Part shown: in pieces, positions 53,195 to 61,476 of the stretch
Layout: each line of letters begins with the position of its first letter
Position numbering within the stretch: position 1 is the first letter of the stretch
From: Fidelibacterota bacterium
GTDB taxonomy: Bacteria > Fidelibacterota > UBA2242
Reading direction: 5' to 3'
Assembly (NCBI GenBank): GCA_049975265.1
Contig: JBNGDF010000001.1
Location: 96,001-160,000 of the forward strand
DNA: 64,000 nucleotides
The notes under the pieces: generated by a model
Databases searched by the model: none
Told to the model about the DNA's origin: nothing
Seen by the model: only the letters and a program-made list of their open reading frames with translations
Program-made: the position numbers and the translations under genes

Positions 53195-54061
53195 TTAATC
53201 TATCCAGCGAACATCGACACTGCCAAGACCGATTTCGATCACCAGATAAATACGCCGCCCGGCATTTTTCCAGTTTTTGCTGCGATAGATATTCTTTTCG
53301 ATCTCTCTGAATCCATTGAAATTGAGGGAAGACAGAAATGAGCTTTCAGCTTCGATCTGGACGGCGTATTCTTCCGGTATTTCAATGGTCAGGGAGCCGA
53401 GCCCGACAGTCAGCCGCCCCTTGATATCGCGTCTCAGATCGCCGTCAAACCGTAATTTTGTTGATCCTAGACCAGATTCCACGCTGAACCGGTCCATATT
53501 GCTATTGCACAGTCCGGTCACCTCCACGTTGCCCAGACCTGTTTGAATGACCAAGTTGCGGATACGCTCGGGATTATTTTTAGCAAATTCGATCAGCACA
53601 TCGCTGAGCCCGCATTCCAGATTAAGATCGCTGACCCTGATTTTTGTAAAATCGAGAACACCCTTGCCCAACCCAAATTCAATATCATAGGCAGTGGGTA
53701 CCTGATCCGTCATGGCGATGCGCCAGTGATTATTTTTAATGTCGGAATCGCTTTTTTTTGAGCGCCCCCAGACAGATTTGTCTTTATTCTGATGGGAGAC
53801 CATCTTCAGCTTGCCCCGGTCGCCTACGGTTTTATAGCTGATTTCCGGACGGTAAATATCTTTTGAGTAGGTTACTTCCGCCTGCATAAGGTATTTGGAA
53901 TTGTCAATACTGCGCAGCTCCAGCTGTCCCAACCCGAATTCAATGCCCACATCCAGCTCCTTTTCGCCTTTGTAGGGCACGCTGTGTCGCTCGGCGACGA
54001 TATTATTGGATTGGGCGCTTATGGACAGGAAAATCAAAATCGGGAGGATGATCTTTTTCAT
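53195..54061 (-). CDS. Exported beta-solenoid 'toast-rack' (DUF2154/LiaF-like) protein
   Basis: SD GAGG; signal MKKIILPILIFLSISA; repeats FGLG/CGLS/TGLG/SGLG/VGLG/IGLG. Confidence 0.75.
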   Translation of the reverse strand: MKKIILPILIFLSISAQSNNIVAERHSVPYKGEKELDVGIEFGLGQLELRSIDNSKYLMQAEVTYSKDIYRPEISYKTVGDRGKLKMVSHQNKDKSVWGRSKKSDSDIKNNHWRIAMTDQVPTAYDIEFGLGKGVLDFTKIRVSDLNLECGLSDVLIEFAKNNPERIRNLVIQTGLGNVEVTGLCNSNMDRFSVESGLGSTKLRFDGDLRRDIKGRLTVGLGSLTIEIPEEYAVQIEAESSFLSSLNFNGFREIEKNIYRSKNWKNAGRRIYLVIEIGLGSVDVRWID

Positions 54062-54093
54062 GAAGTAAACCTCTTTAGATGTCAAAGCCAATT

Positions 54094-55326
54094 CTACTGG
54101 CGACGGATGTCGATATTTCCGCCGCTGGTTTTTAGAGTAATATCATCACCGCCGCCATTGATGCGTCCTTCACCAGTGATTATCAGTTTGGAGCCACGGC
54201 TCTCTTTTTGGATGTCGAGCGGGAAATCAGAGCGGATCTCGCAACGATCCCATTTGTCATAAACCGTAATTTGGGCGAAAATGTCGGCTTTCATATAATC
54301 GGGTATTGTAAGGGAAATATCCCCACCGGAAGATGCCAGATCAATTTTATGGTTGGGGAGCGATTTTCTAAGCAGCTTATTTACCTCAATATCTCCACCG
54401 GAGGTCCGACCGTAGACGGCTCCGTAAACCTCAGATATGTAGATATCACCGCCTGATGTAGTAGCCTGAATTTTTTCTTCAGCCATGCGGACTTCAATAT
54501 CCCCACCGGATGTGTTCAGCGTACATTCGCCGCTGACCCTGCCGATGTCAATATCGCCGCCCGAGGTATTTAGCGTTAATTCCGCATCAATATCATCGGC
54601 ACCAATATCACCACCCGAGGTGCTGCCCTTGAAAAATTTACCTCTGACGCCAGCAATGTAAATGTCACCACCCGAGGTCTTGATTTCGCCGTCACCGATC
54701 AACTTTTTAACGGTAATGTCGCCGCCCGAGGTTTTGGCGTAAGTATTGCCGGATATTTGATTTAAAACGACATCACCGCCCGAGGTTATCGCCCGGATTT
54801 CGGCTCTGCAATCACGGATGCTTATATCTCCGCCGGAAGTATTGACCGTTAATTTTCCGGCTGTCTCCAGAATATCAATGTCTCCGCCCGAAGTACGGAT
54901 TTCGATAATGCCATTTACGGTTTCGGTCACAATATCACCACCAATTACGTCAATATTGAGATTGAAGTTGTTCGGAACCTGTATGGTAAAGTCGTTTTGA
55001 TAGCGCCGGAAATTGTCACCCCCTTCGATCGTCAGGACATCGCCCTTTTGAATATATTTGGCGCGGTAAGCCCGGAGTATTTTTTCAGCCTCTTTTTCGG
55101 AATAGGTATTAATCCGGAAACGCTCGGTAACCGTGACATTATTACGGGCTGCGCCGACAATTTTGATATCACCGCGAATCTTCTTCATCACCAGGGAGCC
55201 CTTTTCGGAAATATTGTATTCCTTGACCGATTCGCCATGATAACGCATGCCGTCGTATTCCAATTTCTGAGCCGGCAGCTGGCAGTAGAGAAGGATTAAA
55301 ATTAAAATTAGACGATTTATTTTCAT
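54094..55326 (-). CDS. DUF4097-family beta-strand repeat protein, exported
   Basis: Signal peptide; ten TSGGD[IV] repeats at about 18-aa period plus variants; ends ITLKTSGGNIDIRRQ. Confidence 0.88.
   Translation of the reverse strand: MKINRLILILILLYCQLPAQKLEYDGMRYHGESVKEYNISEKGSLVMKKIRGDIKIVGAARNNVTVTERFRINTYSEKEAEKILRAYRAKYIQKGDVLTIEGGDNFRRYQNDFTIQVPNNFNLNIDVIGGDIVTETVNGIIEIRTSGGDIDILETAGKLTVNTSGGDISIRDCRAEIRAITSGGDVVLNQISGNTYAKTSGGDITVKKLIGDGEIKTSGGDIYIAGVRGKFFKGSTSGGDIGADDIDAELTLNTSGGDIDIGRVSGECTLNTSGGDIEVRMAEEKIQATTSGGDIYISEVYGAVYGRTSGGDIEVNKLLRKSLPNHKIDLASSGGDISLTIPDYMKADIFAQITVYDKWDRCEIRSDFPLDIQKESRGSKLIITGEGRINGGGDDITLKTSGGNIDIRRQ
54317..54950 (-). repeat. Degenerate intragenic tandem repeat, about 54-nt period, encoding TSGGDI
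   Basis: Recurrent + strand (A)TATC/GTC-ACC/GCC-GCC/ACC-CGAGGT/GGA units, with synonymous variation, inside the DUF4097 CDS. Confidence 0.8.
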
Positions 55327-56351
55327 TGCAACACCTGTTGGTTACTTTTTTCCAGAATAATGTCCAGGTAATTCTGAGCGGTTTTACGCAGTGTCGAATC
55401 GGGGTCATTGGTGGCAATTAATGCCAGAATCGGCACAGTTGTTTCATCGGCGCTCTGATAGAGCTCTTTGACGGCTCGGCGTCGAATTTCGAAGCTGCTG
55501 TCCCGCAGAGCGATGGTTTTGAAAGCGTCCATGATCCGGGGTGTCAGGTCATAGGATTCCAGTGCATCCATCGCCTGTTCGCGGACTTCCGGGTCACTGT
55601 CGTTAAGCAGTACCGATATCATGGTAGACTCGTTGCGGCTGTTCTGGGGCGATTTAGCCAATAATTTGATTGCTCGCAGGCGCCGGGAGGGGTCTTGATC
55701 GTGGATTGCCGAATACTGGAGCATGTTCAATATCGTGGGATCATCGAGACCGCCTTTAATGGCAATATCGCGGTCCACTTTCAGGTTGACTTCCACCATG
55801 CCATCATCATCCGTGGAGCTCTGGATTAGATCTGCCACCTCTACCCCACCGGACTGAATGAGATAGTTTGCCATTACCTTTTGCAGCTGTTCCTTTTCTG
55901 TATCGGTGAGAGCAACCTGATAATTGACAAAATTTGCCAGCATGCCCGGATCGTGCCGCAAACCGCTGCTCAACCAGAGTTTGCCGACGAAAACACCGAT
56001 CACGAAGGTAGCCCCAATGGCGATCAACTGATACCGGGGGTGAGCAAAGAATCCGGTAAAGGCTTCCTGTATTTCATCGAGAATACCGGTGAGGGACCAT
56101 TTGAATTTGCGCTTTTTCGTCTGCCGGATGGCGCTCATGACCCTGGCATTGGCACGCTCTATCAGAGCCGGAGCGGGAACCGCCCGGGTAGTGTGTTCCA
56201 GTACCGCTTGCATGTCGTTCAGCCGCTGTAATGCAGCGGAGCACTCCGGACATTCCGCCAGATGTTTTTCAAACTGCGCCGCATCCCTGGCGCTTAGTTC
56301 GTTATGAAAATAGAGCATCAGCATGGGTTCAAATTGCTTGTGTGTTTTCAT
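55323..56351 (-). CDS. Anti-sigma factor: zf-HC2 + TM helix + periplasmic HEAT repeats (alternative start 56366)
   Basis: LYFHNELS..FEKHLAECPEC; TM LIAIGATFVIGVFVG; HEAT repeats DQDPSRRLRAI, DSDPEVREQAM, DSSFEIRRRAV. Confidence 0.88.
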   Translation of the reverse strand: MKTHKQFEPMLMLYFHNELSARDAAQFEKHLAECPECSAALQRLNDMQAVLEHTTRAVPAPALIERANARVMSAIRQTKKRKFKWSLTGILDEIQEAFTGFFAHPRYQLIAIGATFVIGVFVGKLWLSSGLRHDPGMLANFVNYQVALTDTEKEQLQKVMANYLIQSGGVEVADLIQSSTDDDGMVEVNLKVDRDIAIKGGLDDPTILNMLQYSAIHDQDPSRRLRAIKLLAKSPQNSRNESTMISVLLNDSDPEVREQAMDALESYDLTPRIMDAFKTIALRDSSFEIRRRAVKELYQSADETTVPILALIATNDPDSTLRKTAQNYLDIILEKSNQQVLQ

Positions 56352-56362
56352 AGTAGATTCCT

Positions 56363-56917
56363 TCATGCCTTGACAAGTAAGCTTTGTAGTTTGCGGGTCG
56401 CCCGAAACAGATACCGCTTTACAGTTCCTTCGGTGCAGTCCAGGATTGCGGCGATATCTTTGATCTTTTTTCCTTCGTAATGTTTCAAAATGAAGACCAC
56501 CCGCTGTTGCGAAGAGAGCTGCCGTAGCGCCCGGTCAATTTCCTCCCGCAGGGATGCATTGAGCGTCGCCTGATCGGCTTCACTGGCTTCGTCGTCCGGA
56601 ATAGTCTCCCAGAGGTAATCATCTTCGCCGGGGTCTACGGTCATCATCCGCTTTGATTTGCGATAGAAATTGAAAGCCTGATTAGCCAGAATCCGATAAA
56701 CCCAGGTGAAAAACTCGCTTTCAAACCGAAAAGAGCCGATATTGCGGTATACTTTAATAAAGGTTTCCTGATACAGGTCTTCGGCGTCCTGGTAGTTTTT
56801 GGTGAAATGAAAAGCCAGCCCCATCACTCGCTCTCCGTACTTGCTCATCATCGTCTGGAAGGCCATTTCATCACCATTTTTTATTCTTTCAATCAGATCT
56901 ATTTCCTGCTGATCCAT
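56363..56917 (-). CDS. ECF sigma-70 family RNA polymerase sigma factor
   Basis: GDEMAF; DAEDLYQETFIKVY..F..F.TWVYRI..N; region 4 LS.QQR.VF.L..EG..DIA.IL....GTVK..L.RA. Confidence 0.95.
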   Translation of the reverse strand: MDQQEIDLIERIKNGDEMAFQTMMSKYGERVMGLAFHFTKNYQDAEDLYQETFIKVYRNIGSFRFESEFFTWVYRILANQAFNFYRKSKRMMTVDPGEDDYLWETIPDDEASEADQATLNASLREEIDRALRQLSSQQRVVFILKHYEGKKIKDIAAILDCTEGTVKRYLFRATRKLQSLLVKA

Positions 56918-56933
56918 TCAAATTTCTCCCTAT

Positions 56934-56963
56934 TTAGACATCCGCCGCTTTGTAAGGTTGTCA
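56934..56963 (-). promoter_or_regulatory. Putative ECF-dependent autoregulatory promoter
   Basis: Minus strand tgaCAACC-N16-GTCTAA directly upstream of the SD (GGGAG) of the ECF gene; matches the generic AAC..GTC ECF promoter pattern. Confidence 0.6.
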
Positions 56964-56987
56964 GCCGTTGATAAACTCTCTGAAAAG

Positions 56988-58748
56988 TTAATGCAGAACC
57001 AGACAATTACCACGAATTATAGTGTCCCGATCGTAAATAGTCACGATATAGATGCCGGAGGATACCTTTTGTCCCTGTAAATTTTTCAGATTCCATTGAA
57101 TTGATTCCGGCGTTCCGGCAATTTGGGGTGCAAGTTCGGTGCGCCAGACCAGTTCACCAAGAAGGTTATGGATGGTAAGCGGTACCCTCTTTTCAGAGGG
57201 AATCACATGAGGCCAGAGAAACCGGAGGGTCACACCGGAGATGGCTGGATTCGGCAGGGCGTAGACTCGTTTTCGCTCCAGCTGGCGACCCGGAATAAAA
57301 AGCGAATCCTGAGCGAACATGGCTCGATATATATCGGGAACGCCCCATCCGTAACGATGGTCGGGATTGTGGCTGTGTGAGGCATTGTTTCTGAGCATTT
57401 GAATAATTTGGATCGGCGACAGTGTGGAATATTTTTCGATTAACAGGGCGGCAGACCCGGCGATTAATGGCGTGGCATAGGAGGTTCCGTCACCGGTATT
57501 GTAGGATGTCGGAGAACCGGAGGAAGCCACGTAGATGCTGACACCGGGTGCGCAGAGATCCGGCTTGATTCGCCCGTCGGGTGTTGGACCGTGAGAGCTG
57601 AAGCCGGCGATCTGACCGTCCAGATTTACCGCCCCGACGGTCAGTGCTCCCAGGGCATCGGAAGGTGACATCAGCCCGCCGTCAGAGAAGAGCCGGGCGG
57701 CATTGCCGGCACAGATGACCGGTAATATTCCGCGTTCGAAAGCCCAGTTGACGACACGTGCCACCGCAGTGGTCCGACCGTCCAGGTCTTCGTAGGGATG
57801 ATCCTCGGCGGGATCGTCGAAGTCGTAGCGATAAGAAACCGAGGAACTGATGATATCCGCGCCATTTTCATCAGCCCACTCAACTGCCGCTACGAAGTAA
57901 TCCTCCTCCACGGCGGTTTCCGATGGAATGATTTCGGTTTTTGCCAACAGGAATTCGGCACCATAGGCGGCTCCGATGTAGCTGTCTTCTACGAACCCAC
58001 CAATCAGACTCCAGACGGAGGTACCGTGCCGGCACTGGATATTGCTGGTACCGCTGCCAGCCTGATCATCCTGAACATCGTTATCCTTGTAAATAAAATC
58101 CCGCTCAGCGATCAGCCGATCGCTAGTAATGATTTGTTGAAAGACCTCATGATCTTTAAAGAAACCGGCATCAATGAGAGCAATCCGCACACCTGCGCCG
58201 GTATACCCTGCCTCATGGACAGGTGGAATATTCAGTCGCTGAAGCTGCTCATAAGAGTTGCCATAGTAGGGATTGTCCGAATGAGATTTTTCAAGTGATC
58301 GGGCTGGTTCGGGAGGTGACATACGCCGGTAGCGGCGCACCATCGTAACCTCTTTGACAAACGGAAGGTCTTTGAGAGAAGATGTTTTTGAGGGATTTAT
58401 CATTGCCGAATAGGCTTGCAGGGCTCGTGAATAGAACAGAATCCTTCGGCAATCCTTTTCGATGGCGGTGCGAATATGCTGACCCGGAACGGCATTGGAA
58501 AAATTCGTCTCATCAGGCGCACCTTTCTGATAAAGCCGGGCTGCACAGCGCGGGGTGATTTTCAGCGGAGTAAAATCTGCCGTGGTCAATTGGGTTGTAT
58601 CCAGATAAATCCAGACCTTTTGACAGTCGTTGATGGCTGTCTGGGCGGACAGTGCCGGGGAGAGACAAAGCCAGGCGATCCAGCCGGAGATGAAAACCGC
58701 AAATGCGGCTGTGCCAGGATAAAAAATCAGATAGCTGCTGCGTCTCAC
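56988..58748 (-). CDS. S8 (subtilisin-like) serine peptidase with C-terminal FlgD-Ig/T9SS-type domain
   Basis: Catalytic triad motifs IALIDAGF, HGT, GTSYATP; C-terminal LPNPA..IHNLLGELV..WN..SSGIYIV. Confidence 0.92.
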   Translation of the reverse strand: MRRSSYLIFYPGTAAFAVFISGWIAWLCLSPALSAQTAINDCQKVWIYLDTTQLTTADFTPLKITPRCAARLYQKGAPDETNFSNAVPGQHIRTAIEKDCRRILFYSRALQAYSAMINPSKTSSLKDLPFVKEVTMVRRYRRMSPPEPARSLEKSHSDNPYYGNSYEQLQRLNIPPVHEAGYTGAGVRIALIDAGFFKDHEVFQQIITSDRLIAERDFIYKDNDVQDDQAGSGTSNIQCRHGTSVWSLIGGFVEDSYIGAAYGAEFLLAKTEIIPSETAVEEDYFVAAVEWADENGADIISSSVSYRYDFDDPAEDHPYEDLDGRTTAVARVVNWAFERGILPVICAGNAARLFSDGGLMSPSDALGALTVGAVNLDGQIAGFSSHGPTPDGRIKPDLCAPGVSIYVASSGSPTSYNTGDGTSYATPLIAGSAALLIEKYSTLSPIQIIQMLRNNASHSHNPDHRYGWGVPDIYRAMFAQDSLFIPGRQLERKRVYALPNPAISGVTLRFLWPHVIPSEKRVPLTIHNLLGELVWRTELAPQIAGTPESIQWNLKNLQGQKVSSGIYIVTIYDRDTIIRGNCLVLH

Positions 58749-59695
58749 CGTTCGGTATCTTTGCCGTTATAGGCTTTGATAATATCTTTGACCAATCTGT
58801 GGCGAACCACGTCGCCCGGATTGAAGTAGACAAAGTCGATTCCTTCGATATTCTGCAGGATATTTTTTGCTTCAATCAGTCCGGAGCTCTTTTTATCGGG
58901 AATATCGATCTGGGTAATATCGCCGGTAATGATGGCTTTGGAATTGGCACCGAGGCGGGTTAGAAACATTTTCATCTGCATGCTGCTGGTATTTTGAGCT
59001 TCGTCCAGAATGACGAAAGCGTTGTTCAGGGTGCGACCACGCATATAGGCAAGGGGCAGAATTTCGATAGTGTGCTGATCGGTGAAGGTTTTCAGTTTTT
59101 CAGCAGGGATCATATCGTGCAGGGCGTCATAAAGCGGCGCCAGGTAGGGCTCTATTTTTTCTTTCAGATCGCCGGGAAGAAAACCGAGGCTTTCACCGGC
59201 TTCGACGGCAGGGCGGGTCAGGATAATCCGTTTGACTTCATGGTTGCGCAGCGCGGCAACCGCGATTGCCACCGCCAGATAGGTTTTGCCGGTTCCGGCG
59301 GGACCGATTCCGAATACGATATCGTTTTTCAGTGTTGCCCGATAGTATTTTTCCTGATTGACAGAGCGTGGTTTGATTGTACCGGACTTTTTAAAAAGAA
59401 TGACAGTCTCCGCCGTGATCTCCTGGTCCAGGGGATGATCGCTCAGTTCCAGGCTGATCAGCGTTTCTACGTCGGCAGCTTCAACGAAACCTTTCTGGGA
59501 TGCGGTTAGCATCATTTCACCCAGAATCCGGTTTACCTGTTCAATGTGATCCGGCGTGCCCTCCAGGTGAATCTGCGTTCCCCGGGCGAAAATCTTCAGC
59601 GGAAATTTATCGGTCAGCATTTTCAGGAAGAGGTCATTGCTTCCCATAATCTGGAGCGGATCGATGCCTTTGATGTCTATGGTTTTACGTGTCAT
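58745..59695 (-). CDS. phoH: PhoH family ATPase (YbeZ-like)
   Basis: GPAGTGKTYLA, LTRPAVEAGESLGFLPG, AYMRGRTL, LDEAQN, TGD.TQID. Confidence 0.95.
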   Translation of the reverse strand: MTRKTIDIKGIDPLQIMGSNDLFLKMLTDKFPLKIFARGTQIHLEGTPDHIEQVNRILGEMMLTASQKGFVEAADVETLISLELSDHPLDQEITAETVILFKKSGTIKPRSVNQEKYYRATLKNDIVFGIGPAGTGKTYLAVAIAVAALRNHEVKRIILTRPAVEAGESLGFLPGDLKEKIEPYLAPLYDALHDMIPAEKLKTFTDQHTIEILPLAYMRGRTLNNAFVILDEAQNTSSMQMKMFLTRLGANSKAIITGDITQIDIPDKKSSGLIEAKNILQNIEGIDFVYFNPGDVVRHRLVKDIIKAYNGKDTER

Positions 59696-61467
59696 TCTGC
59701 GGTAATTTGCTCGGTTTTCAGCTGAATTCCCAGTTCGTCCAGCTGTTTTTTATCCACCGGTGATGGACAGCCGTCCATCAACGATGCGGCACTGGTGGTT
59801 TTCGGAAAGGCAATGACATCGCGGATATTGTCGGTGCCGGCGAGGAGCATAACCAGCCGGTCAAATCCCAGGGCGATGCCTCCGTGCGGCGGGGCGCCGA
59901 AGGTAAGTGCGTCGAGTAAAAATCCAAATTTTTCCTGCGCTTCTCTCCGGCTGATTCCCAGCACATCGAACATTTCCTGCTGCATCTCGAGGGTGTGGTT
60001 GCGGATGCTGCCGCCGCCGATCTCGTGACCATTAATAACGATGTCATAAGCCCGGGCGCGTACCGTTTCGGGCTGCCGGATCAGTTTTTCCCGGTCTTCC
60101 GGCAGCGCTGCAGTAAAGGGATGGTGCATAGCCAGGTAACGTTGCAGGTCATCATCCCATTCCAGCAGCGGAAAGCGGGTCACCCAGAGAGGCTGAAAAA
60201 CGTTGTCGGGTATCAGATTCATCAGTTTTGCGGAAGCGATGCGTAAGCGTCCCAGGACCGGATACACAATTTCTGGTTGATCGGCGATGAACAGCAGCAG
60301 ATCGCCGGGTACCGCGCTGAACGTTTTTATCAAATCTCTCTCATAGCCTGTCAGGAATTTTGCGATTCCGCTCGCCAGTGTATCTTCGGTGATTTTTACA
60401 AATGACAGTCCCTGGGCGCCCCAGTGCCGGACTTTGGCAGTCAGGTCATCGATATTTTTACGGCTGAACCGGGCTCCGCCGGGGACATTAATAGCGGCTA
60501 CGGTTCCGTTGTTTTCAAGAACAGATCGAAAGACCTGAAAATCGCACCCTGCCAGCGGCTGATTCAGCGTATGAATTTTCATGTCGAACCGCAAATCCGG
60601 TTTGTCGGATCCGTACCGTTGCATGGCTTCGTGGTATTCCAATTTCGGGAAGGATACGGGAAGTTCGACTCGCAGTACGTCTTGGAAAACCTGTCGGAGC
60701 ATCTCTGTGGTGCTCTGCATGACATCTTCCTCTTCGACAAAGGACATTTCCACATCGATCTGGGTAAATTCCGGCTGGCGATCGGCGCGAAGGTCTTCGT
60801 CGCGAAAACATTTAACGATCTGGAAATAGCGATCGAAACCGCCGATCATCAGCAGCTGTTTGTAGGTTTGTGGAGATTGCGGCAGAGCATAAAAGCGCCC
60901 CTTGTGAATTCGACTGGGGACCAGATAATCCCGGGCGCCTTCGGGTGTACTTTTCATCAACAGCGGCGTTTCGATTTCCAGGAATTGATGTTCATTATAG
61001 TATTTCCGAACACTCTGAGCGGCAGAATGGCGGATTGCCAGGTTGTGCTGGAGTTCCGCGGTGCGCAGTTCCAGATAGCGATATTTCAAGCGTAAATCCT
61101 CGAGCCCGGTGGTGCGGTCGGTAACCAGAAACGGAAGCGTGGCTGCCCGATTAGAAACCTCGATTTCATGTGCCAGAATGTCGATCTCTCCGGTAGGCAT
61201 ATCGGGATTCAGAGCCTCTTTGGGGCGCCTGCGTACCGTACCTTTGACTGCGATGACGTCTTCCATTCTAAGACTGTGAGCGATGGTCATCAGACCCGGA
61301 TCGCTTGCCGGATCGCATACGATCTGGGTGAGACCGTAACGATCCCGCAGGTCAATAAAAATCAGCCCGCCAAGGTCGCGACGCCGGTTGATCCAGCCGT
61401 TCAGAATCACCATCTGTCCCACATGTTCTTTCCGTAATTGACCACAGGTTACGCTTCTTTTGAGCAT
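59692..61467 (-). CDS. aspS: Aspartate--tRNA ligase
   Basis: RRRDLGGLIFIDLRD, STPEGARDYLVPSR, ALPQSPQ, FRDEDLRADRQPEFTQID, HHPFT, GAPPHGGIALGFDR. Confidence 0.98.
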   Translation of the reverse strand: MLKRSVTCGQLRKEHVGQMVILNGWINRRRDLGGLIFIDLRDRYGLTQIVCDPASDPGLMTIAHSLRMEDVIAVKGTVRRRPKEALNPDMPTGEIDILAHEIEVSNRAATLPFLVTDRTTGLEDLRLKYRYLELRTAELQHNLAIRHSAAQSVRKYYNEHQFLEIETPLLMKSTPEGARDYLVPSRIHKGRFYALPQSPQTYKQLLMIGGFDRYFQIVKCFRDEDLRADRQPEFTQIDVEMSFVEEEDVMQSTTEMLRQVFQDVLRVELPVSFPKLEYHEAMQRYGSDKPDLRFDMKIHTLNQPLAGCDFQVFRSVLENNGTVAAINVPGGARFSRKNIDDLTAKVRHWGAQGLSFVKITEDTLASGIAKFLTGYERDLIKTFSAVPGDLLLFIADQPEIVYPVLGRLRIASAKLMNLIPDNVFQPLWVTRFPLLEWDDDLQRYLAMHHPFTAALPEDREKLIRQPETVRARAYDIVINGHEIGGGSIRNHTLEMQQEMFDVLGISRREAQEKFGFLLDALTFGAPPHGGIALGFDRLVMLLAGTDNIRDVIAFPKTTSAASLMDGCPSPVDKKQLDELGIQLKTEQITAE

Positions 61468-61476
61468 ACAAATCCT

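Noticed and set aside
54317..54950. Regularly spaced ~54-nt repeats resembling a CRISPR array
   Set aside because: Repeats are short, vary at synonymous positions, stay in frame as TSGGDI within a DUF4097 CDS, and no cas genes are present
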